DNA from: an uncultured delta proteobacterium
GTDB taxonomy: Bacteria > Desulfobacterota > Desulfobacteria > Desulfobacterales > JAHEIW01
Length of the DNA: 64,000 nucleotides
Assembly: GCA_963706575.1 (NCBI GenBank)
Contig: CAVPNL010000006.1
Span: 352,001 to 416,000 of the forward strand
Direction of reading: 5' to 3'
Position numbers and translations under genes: made by a program. Below are positions 20,412 through 30,714 of the stretch, piece by piece; within the stretch, counting starts at the first letter, position 1, and each line of letters opens with the position of its first letter. Below the pieces are notes generated by a model, which saw only the letters and a program-made list of their open reading frames with translations, searched no databases and was not told the origin of the DNA.

Positions 20412-21758
20412 ATGGATACCCCCGGCCCCTCCAGGCATACGGATTACCAATCCATCCTGAACAGCATCACCGACGGTGTGCTCACCGTTGATCGTGATAT
20501 GATTATCACTTCTTTTAATCGGGCAGCCGAGAAAATCACTCAGGTGAAGCAGGCAGAGGCGATCGGCCGGCATTGCTTTGAAGTCATGCGGGCGGATGTC
20601 TGCGAGTCCGGCTGCCCGATCCAAAAAACGTTTAAGACCGGAAAGCCATGCCGAAACATACCCGTTTTTATCGTGCGTGCCGACAATAAACGCATTCCTA
20701 TCAGCGTAACGACCGGTATTGTGCGGGATGATAAAGGGAGTTTGATCGGGGGCGTGGAAACATTTCGCGATTTATCAGAGCTGAATAAACTTCGCCGCGA
20801 AATTTATAAAAAGCACTCGTTCGAAGATATTGTCAGCAAAAATCATAAGATGCTGCAGTTATTTGCAATTCTGCCGCAGGTGGCCGAGAGCCACAGCACA
20901 CTCCTGATTGAGGGGGCCAGCGGTACCGGAAAAGAGTTGTTTGCCAGAGCCATTCACAATAACAGCCCGAGGCGCGAGGAACCCTTTATGGCAGTAAATT
21001 GCGGCGCATTGCCGGATACGCTGATCGAATCGGAGCTTTTCGGTTACCAGGCCGGTGCATTCACAGATGCCAAACATAATAAACCGGGTCGCTTTGCTCT
21101 GGTCCAAAATGGAACGATTTTTTTGGACGAAATCGGCGATATTTCAACTGCCATGCAGATGCGTCTGCTGCGAGTTTTGGAAAACCGCACGTTTTCGCCT
21201 CTGGGTGCTACGGCGACGTTGCGGATGAAAGCCCGGGTGATCGTCGCCACCCATCGGAATCTTAAAGAAATGATCGGCGAAGGCCAATTTCGTGAAGATT
21301 TGTATTTCCGGATCAATGTTGTACGTTTGTGGTTACCACCGCTGATCGAACGCAAAGAAGATATTCCGCTGCTGGTGGATCACTTCATCGAGCGCTTTAA
21401 CACCATAACCGGCAAACAAATTGTCGGAATATCTCAGGATGCCCTGGCGGCTTTGACGCTTTATGATTGGCCGGGTAACGTGCGCGAGTTGGAAAATGCC
21501 ATCGAACATGCATTTGTTTTGTGCCTCAACGGTATGATTCGCCTGGAACATCTGCCCGAACAGATCCAACCCCGGAGAGAGCCGCTCTACGTGCCTATCG
21601 AAACATCACTCAAGGCCATCGAAAAGCAAGCCATCATTCGTGCATTGACCAAAAACAACTGGCGCAAAATGGCCACCGCCCGTGAGCTGGAGATTGATAA
21701 AAATACCTTGCGCCGCAAAATCCAGCGCTACGACATCCGGATGCCAACTCACCCTTAG
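20412..21758 (+). CDS. PAS-domain sigma-54-dependent activator (OrpR-like)
   Basis: PAS with CFEVMRADVCESGC (Cx8Cx3C); GASGTGKE, GAFTDA, FLDEIG, WPGNVRELEN; Fis-type HTH. Confidence 0.9.
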   Translation: MDTPGPSRHTDYQSILNSITDGVLTVDRDMIITSFNRAAEKITQVKQAEAIGRHCFEVMRADVCESGCPIQKTFKTGKPCRNIPVFIVRADNKRIPISVTTGIVRDDKGSLIGGVETFRDLSELNKLRREIYKKHSFEDIVSKNHKMLQLFAILPQVAESHSTLLIEGASGTGKELFARAIHNNSPRREEPFMAVNCGALPDTLIESELFGYQAGAFTDAKHNKPGRFALVQNGTIFLDEIGDISTAMQMRLLRVLENRTFSPLGATATLRMKARVIVATHRNLKEMIGEGQFREDLYFRINVVRLWLPPLIERKEDIPLLVDHFIERFNTITGKQIVGISQDALAALTLYDWPGNVRELENAIEHAFVLCLNGMIRLEHLPEQIQPRREPLYVPIETSLKAIEKQAIIRALTKNNWRKMATARELEIDKNTLRRKIQRYDIRMPTHP

Positions 21759-21825
21759 TGTGAAAGCGCGATGCCGGCCACCTAATTTTCTTACTTCTAC
21801 TTTTCTCGAATTGATATAAAGAACT

Positions 21826-23361
21826 TTATTTGATTTGCCTGCCGCGGTCCAGGCTGCGGTACTGGATGGCTTCGGAGATGTGCGCGGTGCTGATGTCGTC
21901 AATTTTTTCCAGGTCGGCAATGGTGCGGGCAATCTTTAAAATACGGTTGTAGGCCCTGGCCGAAAGCCCCAGTTTGTCGATGGCCGATTCCAGCAGGCGG
22001 CAGGAAGCATCATCGACGCTGCAGTGTTTTTTGATGTGGCGGCTGCTCATGCGGGCGTTACAGAAGATTTTAGTGCGGGACAATCGTTGGGCCTGAATTT
22101 TGCGGGCGGCGGCCACCCGGCGGCGGATGGTTTCTGAGGCCTCGGCCGCGTGATCTTGCATCAGGTCCTTATAGGGTACCGCCGGAACCTCCACATGCAT
22201 GTCGATGCGGTCTAAAAGCGGACCGGAAATTTTCGAGCGGTAGCGGTGGATCTGCTGTTGAGTGCAGCGGCATTCGTGTTTGGGGTCTGATAAATAGCCG
22301 CAGGGACAGGGGTTCATGGCGGCCACCAGCATAAAGCTGGCGGGATATGTCAGGCTGGACCTGGCCCGGGAGATGGTCACGTTTAGGTCCTCAATGGGCT
22401 GACGCAACACCTCCAGGACGTGTTTTTTAAACTCCGGCATTTCATCTAAAAACAGGACGCCGTTGTGAGCCAGACTGACCTCGCCGGGTCTGGGAATATG
22501 GCCGCCGCCGATCAAACCGGCATCTGAGATGGTGTGATGGGGCGAACGAAAGGGCCGGGTGGTCACCAGTGCCTGGTTCCTGGGCAACAACCCGACGACG
22601 CTGAATATTTTGGTGGTTTCCAACGCTTCATCAAAGGAAATCGGGGGCAGGATAGTGGGCAGCCGTTTGGCGAGCATGGTTTTTCCGGAGCCGGGGGGGC
22701 CGATCATCAGCAGGTTATGACCGCCGGCGGCTGCGATTTCGAGCGCGCGCTTGGCATGTTCCTGGCCCATGACTTCGGCATAATCAATGGCATAGTGACT
22801 GTCGGTTTCGAATAAATTGGTGATATCGGTCCGCTCGGGCGCGATCTGGCTGAACCCTCTTAAAAATCCGACAATCTCAGAAAGCGTTTTTGCCGGTAAA
22901 ACGGCAATGTCTTGAACCACCGCGGCTTCCTGTCTGTTTTCAAAGGGCACCATTATCGCTGAATAACCGGCTGCTTTTGCCGCCAGGGCCATCGGCAAAG
23001 ACCCTTTAACCGGCTTGATGCGGCCGTCTAACGAAAGTTCACCCAATATCAAATAGCGCGAAAGCTGCTCCTGGGGGATAATGCCGGTAGCGGCCAGAAT
23101 GCCCAGCGCGATCGGAAGGTCAAAACCGGTTCCTTCTTTTTTGATATCGGCCGGCGCCAGATTAACCGTAATCCGGTCGGCCGGAAACCGATAGCCTGAG
23201 TTGTTAATGGCCGATTTAACCCGTTCTTTGCTTTCTTTGACAGCGGCTTCCGGCAGACCAACCGTGGTAAAGGTGGGTAGGCCGGAGGTGATGTCCACTT
23301 CCACTTCAACCGGGTAGGCATCGATTCCCATGACGGCACTGCTGAGGACTTTGGCCAGCAA
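21826..23361 (-). CDS. comM: YifB/ComM Mg-chelatase-like AAA+ ATPase
   Basis: [43 protein letters not shown] start behind AAGGAG. Confidence 0.92.
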   Translation of the reverse strand: MLAKVLSSAVMGIDAYPVEVEVDITSGLPTFTTVGLPEAAVKESKERVKSAINNSGYRFPADRITVNLAPADIKKEGTGFDLPIALGILAATGIIPQEQLSRYLILGELSLDGRIKPVKGSLPMALAAKAAGYSAIMVPFENRQEAAVVQDIAVLPAKTLSEIVGFLRGFSQIAPERTDITNLFETDSHYAIDYAEVMGQEHAKRALEIAAAGGHNLLMIGPPGSGKTMLAKRLPTILPPISFDEALETTKIFSVVGLLPRNQALVTTRPFRSPHHTISDAGLIGGGHIPRPGEVSLAHNGVLFLDEMPEFKKHVLEVLRQPIEDLNVTISRARSSLTYPASFMLVAAMNPCPCGYLSDPKHECRCTQQQIHRYRSKISGPLLDRIDMHVEVPAVPYKDLMQDHAAEASETIRRRVAAARKIQAQRLSRTKIFCNARMSSRHIKKHCSVDDASCRLLESAIDKLGLSARAYNRILKIARTIADLEKIDDISTAHISEAIQYRSLDRGRQIK

Positions 23362-23683
23362 GGTCTTCTCCTTGGCTGAGGGTGGCCGGATAAACGGAAG
23401 ATTCGCCGCAGACTGCTGACATCTATAGCAAATTCCTATGTTGCCGACAATCATTTTGTGTCGAAAATTTCCTTCGCCAAGAGATTCCTTCAGGCCCAAA
23501 CCCTGTCGGGCCCGGGGCATGCCTGCCGCTAATCACCAAAATTACTTGCTATTAAAAAAGATTTCAGCTATTTAATAAATCGAAAATGTGTAAACGGAGT
23601 GACCTATAGGTGCCGATTGAAATGTCACGCTGCATTTCCAACGCTCATTTTAGGTGAAATTAAATTAGCGGTCCCTTTATCAC

Positions 23684-24259
23684 ATGATTTCGTTATTAAA
23701 ACGAGCCACATTCTTCGTCATTCTGCTGTTGAGCTTACTTTCCGTTGTGCCCCATGCCGGTTTTGCCCAAAATGCGATTCTGACCAACATCACAGTTTCC
23801 AACACCCGTGATGACCTGCTGCTTTATCTGAATCTTGAGGGTGCCTTCAGGGAAGAGATGAAAAATGCCATTTTAAGCGGTGTGCCTTCAACTTTTTCCT
23901 TTTTTGCTAAATTGAATCGCACACGAAATTTTTGGTTTGATCGGGCGATTGCCGATATCGAGGTAACGCACACAATTATTTACGATAATCTGAAAAAAGA
24001 GTTCACGGTCAAACGTTCCTGGAAAGAGAATAATCCCGAAGTCACTAAGTCATTTAAAGAGGCCAAAAAATGGATGACTGAAATTAATAGCTTAAAACTT
24101 ATTCCATTAAACAGGCTGGAAAAAGGTGAACAATACCAACTCAGAGTTAAGGCTGAAGTTAGCAAAAAGACCCTCCCCTTCTATCTGCATTACATCTTGT
24201 TTTTTGTATCTTTATGGGATTTTGAAACGGATTGGTATGCCATCGATTTTATCTATTAA
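23684..24259 (+). CDS. DUF4390-family exported protein
   Basis: Signal peptide, C-terminal WDFETDW, position upstream of ntrY-ntrX. Confidence 0.75.
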   Translation: MISLLKRATFFVILLLSLLSVVPHAGFAQNAILTNITVSNTRDDLLLYLNLEGAFREEMKNAILSGVPSTFSFFAKLNRTRNFWFDRAIADIEVTHTIIYDNLKKEFTVKRSWKENNPEVTKSFKEAKKWMTEINSLKLIPLNRLEKGEQYQLRVKAEVSKKTLPFYLHYILFFVSLWDFETDWYAIDFIY

Positions 24260-24294
24260 TGACAGCCTATTGGTAATCAACCCACCACGGTGCT

Positions 24295-26526
24295 ATGAAA
24301 CGACCCAGATTTAAAAGAAAGTCTTCGCTTTCGATAAAAGAACGCAAACGTCGCAAACGCGAATTTTTTCTCATTTTGATCATTATGTTTGTGGTTGCCC
24401 TTTTGACCTTTATCGAAAGCAGGATCATCCATTTCGGCGCCGATATTGCCGTATCCAACACGGTTTTAATGTTCATCCTGATCAACATCAATTTACTGCT
24501 GCTGGTATTGATGATTTATCTTGTTTTCCGGAATCTGGTAAAACTCATTTATGATCGCAGGCGCAATGTGCTGGGTGCCAAAATTCGGACTAAACTGGTC
24601 ATTGCCTTTGTCTCGTTGACGCTTTTACCCACCATCGTCTTATTTTTTTTCGCGCTAAATTTCATTACCACCAGTATTGAGTTCTGGTTCGATGTGCCGG
24701 TCGAGCAAGCACTTGAAAATTCATTATGGGTCGGCGGGCGCCTATACAGTCGTACAGAGGAAAACAACAAATTCTTCCTTGAAAGAATCTCTTATCAGCT
24801 AAAAGCCAAGAATTTATTGGATCCAAAAAATCCCAAAGCGCTTTCCCATTATATTCGAATTGTGCAAAGAGAATTTAACCTTGACGCTGTTGAGGTGTAT
24901 GCAGCCAACGCTGAGCGTCTGACCTTTGCTCTGGCGCCCAAACTTGAAAACGAATATTTTGGGATTATTTCGGCCGAGGATTTTCAAAAAGACATGCCGG
25001 CAGAAGGGATTCGATCCATTTCGCAGACCATTCCATCCGGTGAGTTTGTCAAAACCATCTCAACGGTTCCGTTTGCGGTGCAACCCGATGAGGCGGCCGG
25101 TTTTGTGGTTGCCACCATGTTGATTCCACCGGATCTTTCAGAAAATCTGCAGTTTATCCGACGCGGATTCGCCGAATACCAGCAAATAAAACTGCTGAAA
25201 AAGCCGATCCAGATAACCTATTATATATCGCTGTCGATTGTGGCGTTGCTGGTTTTATTTTGTGCGGTGTGGTTTGGATTTTATATGGCCAGATCAATCA
25301 GCCTTCCGATTAAGGAGTTGGCTGAAGGAACCCGTCGGGTCGCCGATGGTGAGCTCAACTATATCATTGATCCGGTGGCTGATGATGAATTCGGAAGCCT
25401 GGTAAAATCCTTCAACCAGATGACCCAGGACATTCGTACCAGCCGGGGGCAACTGGAGCTTTCCGCCCGGATGCTGCGCAAGCAGAATATTGAAATTGAA
25501 GAAAAACGACAGTTCATGGAAGTCGTATTAAAAAGTGTTTCCGCCGGTGTCGTAACCCTGGATGCCAAAGGCATCATTTCGACTATGAACAAATCCGCTG
25601 AAAAGATGCTGAATCTTAAATCCGAACAAATCCTGAATAAAAGCTATAAAAATTTACTAAATAGCCCGTTTTTGGAATTGGCCAATGAAATTATGGACAA
25701 CTTGTCTCTTTCGAGCGGAGACACGATTGAATTACCGCTAAAACTCACTATTGAAGGCAGACCCAGAAGCTTTCTTATTTTTGTAAACGCACTGAAGGAC
25801 GATGCCGGGCGACACATGGGAACCCTGATGGTATTTGACGATCTGACCGAATTGGAAAAAGGTCAGCGTATGGCGGCCTGGCGTGAAGTCGCACGGCGAA
25901 TCGCCCATGAGGTTAAAAACCCCTTGACACCGATAGCCCTTTCAGCACAACGACTCAAACGAAAATATGCTCAATTTGTAGATGATACGATATTTGAGGA
26001 GTGTACCGAGACCATCATCAGCCAGGTGGAGTTGATTCGCAATCTGGTGAATGAATTTTCCTCTTTTGCACGTTTTCCCAGCGCGAATCCGGTTCCCTGC
26101 CATCTGATGCCTATTATTGAAGAAACCATCGCGCTTTATCGAGAAGGGCACCCGAGCGTCAATTTTAAGATAAACAACACCAGTGACATTCCCATCCTAA
26201 ATCTTGATCGGCAGCAGATGAAGCAGGCGTTAATTAACCTGATTGACAATGCGATTAGTGCGATTAAAGGCTCTGGCAATATTACGATTGGTGTGGCCTA
26301 TGACCCGATTTTAAAAAAGGTTCGAATGGAAGTTGCCGATGACGGCCAGGGCATTTCAAATGAAGACAAGACTCGATTGTTTCAACCCAATTTTTCCACC
26401 AAAAAGGCGGGAATGGGTCTGGGCCTGACGATAGTAAACACCATCATTGCCGATCACAACGGGATGATTAATGTTCAGGATAACACGCCCCGGGGCGCAA
26501 AATTCGTTATCGAGCTGCCGGTGTAA
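24295..26526 (+). CDS. ntrY: NtrY-like HAMP/PAS sensor histidine kinase
   Basis: AAWREVARRIAHEVKNPLTPI H-box; TM, HAMP, PAS and HATPase domains. Confidence 0.88.
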   Translation: MKRPRFKRKSSLSIKERKRRKREFFLILIIMFVVALLTFIESRIIHFGADIAVSNTVLMFILININLLLLVLMIYLVFRNLVKLIYDRRRNVLGAKIRTKLVIAFVSLTLLPTIVLFFFALNFITTSIEFWFDVPVEQALENSLWVGGRLYSRTEENNKFFLERISYQLKAKNLLDPKNPKALSHYIRIVQREFNLDAVEVYAANAERLTFALAPKLENEYFGIISAEDFQKDMPAEGIRSISQTIPSGEFVKTISTVPFAVQPDEAAGFVVATMLIPPDLSENLQFIRRGFAEYQQIKLLKKPIQITYYISLSIVALLVLFCAVWFGFYMARSISLPIKELAEGTRRVADGELNYIIDPVADDEFGSLVKSFNQMTQDIRTSRGQLELSARMLRKQNIEIEEKRQFMEVVLKSVSAGVVTLDAKGIISTMNKSAEKMLNLKSEQILNKSYKNLLNSPFLELANEIMDNLSLSSGDTIELPLKLTIEGRPRSFLIFVNALKDDAGRHMGTLMVFDDLTELEKGQRMAAWREVARRIAHEVKNPLTPIALSAQRLKRKYAQFVDDTIFEECTETIISQVELIRNLVNEFSSFARFPSANPVPCHLMPIIEETIALYREGHPSVNFKINNTSDIPILNLDRQQMKQALINLIDNAISAIKGSGNITIGVAYDPILKKVRMEVADDGQGISNEDKTRLFQPNFSTKKAGMGLGLTIVNTIIADHNGMINVQDNTPRGAKFVIELPV

Positions 26527-26528
26527 CC

Positions 26529-26615
26529 GCGCATAGTGCATAGCGCAGAGCGCAAAGCGTAAACGATTCGGGGTTGGGATTTTTAACGCTATGCGCCATG
26601 CTCTATGCGCTTTGC
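26529..26615. repeat. GCATAG-type heptamer inverted array
   Basis: gcgcatagtgcatagcgcagagcgcaaagcgt ... acgctatgcgccatgctctatgcgctttgc. Confidence 0.7.
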
Positions 26616-26691
26616 CCAGGCTTAAAACCTGCTGCCTGGTGGACCCAACCCATTGAGTTAAATCTTAATAAAAGAGTGGGAGTAAGGACTT

Positions 26692-28050
26692 ATGTTACCA
26701 TCCGTGTTAATCGTTGATGATGAACAGTCGATCGTTCAATCTTTAAGTGGCTTGCTTTCCGATGAAGGTTTTGAGGTTTCAACCGCCGTCAACGGTTATG
26801 AGGCTTTAAAAGTTATTGATTCTGAATCACCGGATGTGGTTTTGCTAGATATCTGGATGCCGGGGATTGATGGGATTGAAACGTTGAAGGAAATCAAAAA
26901 GTACAATCCCCACATCCAGGTCATCATTATTACCGGCCACGGAACGATCGAAACAGCAGTTAAAGCAACCAAACTGGGGGCTTTTGATCTGGTTGAAAAG
27001 CCGCTTTCGATCGACAAGATTATTTTGGCAATCAACAATGCCTTAAATTTCAGACGCCTTGAAGAAGAAAACAAATATCTTCGCACCAAGACTCTGGAGA
27101 AACATTCAATTGACGGAGATTCCGAAAGGACAAAGGAATTAAGAAGGAATATTGAAGTCGCGGCTCCCACGGATACCTGGATACTGATTAGCGGAGAAAA
27201 TGGTACCGGTAAAGAACTGGTGGCCCGCACCATCCATCGGCTCAGCCCCAGAGCCGAACAGCCGCTGATTGATGTCAGTTGCGCGGCGATCAGCGACGAG
27301 TTCATGGAAAGTGAAATGTTCGGCCATGAAAAAGGCGCATTTGCAGGTGCCACTGCAAAAAAAGTTGGGAAATTTGAGCTGGCCAATAACGGCACCATAT
27401 TTCTGGATGAAATCGGGGATATGAGCTTGAGCTCTCAGGCAAAAATATTGCGGGTGTTGCAGGAACAAACAATCCAGCGGGTTGGCGGAAGCCGACCGAT
27501 CAGTTTTAATGCCAGAGTAATCGCTACAACCAATAAACATCTGGAAAAAGAAATAGAAAAGAAAACATTCAGAGAAGACCTTTTTTATCGTCTAAATGTG
27601 ATTCCCATCCAGGTTCCACCGTTAAGAGATCGTATCGAAGATCTACCATTACTGGTCGAGGCTTTTTTAGAAGAGTTTGCTGTTCAAAATCGAAGTAAAC
27701 GCAAATTGATGAGTCCGGCTGCCATAAGCATATTGAGCAATTATGCCTGGCCGGGAAATGTTAGGGAATTACGCAATCTTGTCGAACGGCTGGCTATCAT
27801 TGTCGCGAAAGATGCTATTGACCCTGAGGATATACCGGAGTCCTATCGGCCCGGCGGTTTAAGCAACCGCTCCCGCGCGGTTTCGGCGCCCTTTATGAAA
27901 TTAGATAATTTTAAAGAAGCCCGCAGAGCGTTTGAAAAAGAATTTATAAAAATAAAGCTGATACAAAACGAAAACAATATTACCAAAACCGCCAAGACTA
28001 TGAAAGTGGGGAGGAGTTATCTGCACAAAAAAATCAAGAGCCTTAGTTAG
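26692..28050 (+). CDS. ntrX: NtrX-like response regulator (REC-AAA+-HTH)
   Basis: LLDIWMPGIDG, GENGTGKE, GAFAGA variant, WPGNVRELRN. Confidence 0.85.
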   Translation: MLPSVLIVDDEQSIVQSLSGLLSDEGFEVSTAVNGYEALKVIDSESPDVVLLDIWMPGIDGIETLKEIKKYNPHIQVIIITGHGTIETAVKATKLGAFDLVEKPLSIDKIILAINNALNFRRLEEENKYLRTKTLEKHSIDGDSERTKELRRNIEVAAPTDTWILISGENGTGKELVARTIHRLSPRAEQPLIDVSCAAISDEFMESEMFGHEKGAFAGATAKKVGKFELANNGTIFLDEIGDMSLSSQAKILRVLQEQTIQRVGGSRPISFNARVIATTNKHLEKEIEKKTFREDLFYRLNVIPIQVPPLRDRIEDLPLLVEAFLEEFAVQNRSKRKLMSPAAISILSNYAWPGNVRELRNLVERLAIIVAKDAIDPEDIPESYRPGGLSNRSRAVSAPFMKLDNFKEARRAFEKEFIKIKLIQNENNITKTAKTMKVGRSYLHKKIKSLS

Positions 28051-28052
28051 TA

Positions 28053-28198
28053 AGGTGTCAGGTGTCGGGTTTCAGGTCTTTGCCGCGTGGTACGGCTGCA
28101 GCCGGGCCGGCGGGTGTCAGTGCTTTGGCCGATGGTTTCATTGTTGAGCATCTGAACTTGCGATGTTTCAGCTTGATCAATGCTGACACCCGAAACCT
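28053..28198. repeat. GGTGTCA-type heptamer inverted array
   Basis: aggtgtcaggtgtcgggtttcagg ... ctgacacccgaaacct. Confidence 0.65.
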
Positions 28199-28253
28199 AA
28201 AATAAAACCGCGTTTATAAATTGGGAACTTGCCATTTTAATACCGATTAAATT

Positions 28254-28814
28254 ATGACCATACGGATTATTGGCGGGGAGTTGAAGGGTCGAAAACTGGT
28301 AACCGTGCGCGGCTTAAAAACGCGGCCGACGGCTGATCGGGTACGTGAATCCATTTTTAATATTCTCGGAAATAGCGTTCGGGGTGCACGGGTTCTGGAT
28401 CTGTATGCGGGAACCGGGGCGATGGGTATCGAAGCCTTAAGCCGGGGTGCTGAATCCGCTTTATTTGCAGACGATCATAAAGCCGCATTGACAGCCTTAG
28501 AAAAAAATATAAAAATGTGTTCACTGCAGAGCAGGACCAACACGATCAAATGGAACATATTCAACAATTTAAATGTCATCCGCTCATACAGACCCGCCTT
28601 CAATCTTGTTTTTTTAGATCCTCCCTACAATAAAAATATGATCCAGCCGACCTTGTCAAATCTTGATACGAGTCGATGCCTGGAAAACAATTCCCGGTTG
28701 GCACTCGAACACTCGCCATTGGAGCCGATCCCAGAAACACAGCCCGCATTCAAAATTTCCGACCAGCGGAGGTACGGAAAAACGCTTGTCTCTTTTTTGA
28801 TTTATATGGTATGA
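28254..28814 (+). CDS. rsmD: 16S rRNA (guanine966-N2)-methyltransferase
   Basis: RIIGG, RPTADRVRESIFN, LDLYAGTG, FLDPPY, RRYG. Confidence 0.93.
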   Translation: MTIRIIGGELKGRKLVTVRGLKTRPTADRVRESIFNILGNSVRGARVLDLYAGTGAMGIEALSRGAESALFADDHKAALTALEKNIKMCSLQSRTNTIKWNIFNNLNVIRSYRPAFNLVFLDPPYNKNMIQPTLSNLDTSRCLENNSRLALEHSPLEPIPETQPAFKISDQRRYGKTLVSFLIYMV

Positions 28815-28844
28815 ATCCAAAATATCAATAGGTTGCATTATTAT

Positions 28845-28956
28845 ATGAATCCATCTCAAAAATAGGATTTTGGTTCAAGATTGCGGCGGGGCCGAGCTTT
28901 CTAGCGGGGCACCAACAAAAATATTGGGCCAAAAGACATTTTTGAGATGGGTTCAT
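28845..28956. mobile_element. MITE-like element family B, short copy
   Basis: TIRs atgaatccatctcaaaaa / tttttgagatgggttcat; reverse-complement match to 59967-60160. Confidence 0.75.
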
Positions 28957-29018
28957 CTTATCTGTTTTGAAGGGATCATTTGTCGTTCCAACACCAACCA
29001 GCAAAGGATTGAGCGAAT

Positions 29019-29519
29019 ATGCCAAAAGTCGCTATTTACCCCGGTTCTTTTGACCCGGTTACCAACGGTCATATTGATATTGTTGAAAGAGGGCTAAAAT
29101 TATTTGATAAGCTTATTGTTTCGATCCTGTATAATCCGAAGAAAGAATATCTTTTTCCCCTCGAAGAACGACTGGAAATGCTCAAAGATTGCTTGAAGAA
29201 GTTTAAAGGCGTTGAAATCGACAGCTTTGACGGCCTTTTAGTGGACTATGCCGCCAGCCGCAAAGCCCATGCGATCCTTCGGGGACTACGCGCGATGTCT
29301 GATTTTGAATATGAATTCCAGATGGCGCTAATGAATCGGCGGTTAAATCGCGAGGTCCAGACGGTGTTTCTGATGACCGGATTGCGCTGGATATTCACGA
29401 GTTCTTCGATCATAAAAGAGGCCATTCAATTCGGAGGCAATATCGACGGTATGGTTCCGAAGTTGGTTCTAGAAAAGCTGAAACGGAAATATGCCCTTGC
29501 GCCTGAAACTCAGCGTTAA
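29019..29519 (+). CDS. coaD: Phosphopantetheine adenylyltransferase
   Basis: YPGSFDPVTNGH, RGLRAMSDFEYE. Confidence 0.97.
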   Translation: MPKVAIYPGSFDPVTNGHIDIVERGLKLFDKLIVSILYNPKKEYLFPLEERLEMLKDCLKKFKGVEIDSFDGLLVDYAASRKAHAILRGLRAMSDFEYEFQMALMNRRLNREVQTVFLMTGLRWIFTSSSIIKEAIQFGGNIDGMVPKLVLEKLKRKYALAPETQR

Positions 29520-29523
29520 GCAG

Positions 29524-29680
29524 GGCCTCGATTGAGTTTTAACTCAATCGAGGCGTTAATTGTTATTCGTTATTCGAATCTGATAATTGATGATAAATCA
29601 AAACAGTATTTTTTACTCCTATACAAATAACCAATAACAAATAACGAATAACTCGGATTGAGCGCTTAGCGCTCAACCGG
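29524..29680. repeat. Hairpin-flanked GTTATTC/GAATAAC heptamer inverted array
   Basis: gcctcgattgag-tttta-actcaatcgaggc hairpin, gttattcgttattcg ... aataaccaataacaaataacgaataac, then gattgagcgcttagcgctcaacc. Confidence 0.65.
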
Positions 29681-29688
29681 ACGATCTG

Positions 29689-30606
29689 ATGGATCTCTGG
29701 CAGCTAAATATTTTCTGCAAGGTTATCGAGCTTAAAAGTTTTTCAAAAGCAGGGAAAGCTATTCGCCTCTCCCAACCCACCATCAGCAGCCACATTAAAG
29801 ATCTGGAAGACCATTTTGACTGTCGGCTGATTGATCGTCTGTCCAAAAAAGCCATTCCCACCAAAGCCGGCGAGTTGTTGTATGGCTATGCAAAAAGAAT
29901 ACTGGCCCTGCGTGATGAAACCGAAACCGCTTTGGCGGAGTACAATGGAAAAATACGGGGGCGCCTTGTTATCGGCGGCAGTACGATACCCGGGACATAT
30001 TTGATGCCGCAACTGATCGGTGATTTTAAAAAAAAGTATCCGGATGTCATCGTCTCTCTAGTTATCGGGGATACGGATCATATTATTGAAAGCATTTTAA
30101 ACGGGAATTTGGAGCTTGGAATTGTCGGCGCGAAAGCAGAGACCCAAAAGATCATTCAAAAGAAATTAATCGAAGATGAGATGCGCCTGATCGTACCGGC
30201 GGATCATCGTTGGGCCGGTGAAGAGCGCGTGTCTTTAAAACGGCTTGTTTCAGAGCCATTCATTATCCGGGAACGCGGATCCGGAACTTTGAAATCACTG
30301 CACCAAAGCCTCATTGAATTAGGGCACAGCATTGAAGATCTAAAGGTTATCGCTGAATTGGGAAGCACCCAGGCAATTTGTCAGGGGATTAAAACCGGCG
30401 CCGGTGTATCGATTATTTCGACACTGGCCGTTGCCGAGGATCTTCAGGCGGGCAAATTCAGTGCACTTGAAGTAGATGGTCTGGACCTTAAGCGCAATTT
30501 TTACCTTACGCAACACCGATATCGCAGCCCCTCACCGTTGTCCGAGGCTTTTGTCAGATTCCTCGAAGAAAAGCTGGAAACAAATGAGCTAAAGTGCCTA
30601 AAGTGA
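29689..30606 (+). CDS. LysR-family regulator (CysL/selenium-metabolism-associated type)
   Basis: SFSKAG...LSQPTISSHIKDLE HTH; STIPG, RERGSGT. Confidence 0.88.
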   Translation: MDLWQLNIFCKVIELKSFSKAGKAIRLSQPTISSHIKDLEDHFDCRLIDRLSKKAIPTKAGELLYGYAKRILALRDETETALAEYNGKIRGRLVIGGSTIPGTYLMPQLIGDFKKKYPDVIVSLVIGDTDHIIESILNGNLELGIVGAKAETQKIIQKKLIEDEMRLIVPADHRWAGEERVSLKRLVSEPFIIRERGSGTLKSLHQSLIELGHSIEDLKVIAELGSTQAICQGIKTGAGVSIISTLAVAEDLQAGKFSALEVDGLDLKRNFYLTQHRYRSPSPLSEAFVRFLEEKLETNELKCLK

Positions 30607-30714
30607 GCTAAAGTGCCTAAAGTTAAGGAATTCTATCATCTTAATATATAAGATGGAGCGCAGCGACACCAAAAACTTTAGTCACTTCCAACTTTAGTTC
30701 ACTTTAGTCACTTT
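30583..30714. repeat. CTAAAGTG inverted-array element, copy 1
   Basis: Tandem gagctaaagt/gcctaaagt units mirrored by actttagtc units; reverse complement aligns with 50635-50763. Confidence 0.8.

Noticed and set aside
29689..30606. Selenoprotein or TGA read-through near the selenium-associated LysR
   Set aside because: The TGA lies inside a repeat element and faces a convergent gene; no in-frame TGA with SECIS was seen
30583..30714. CRISPR array in the short tandem repeats
   Set aside because: Units are 7-10 nt, contiguous, without spacers, and no cas genes are present
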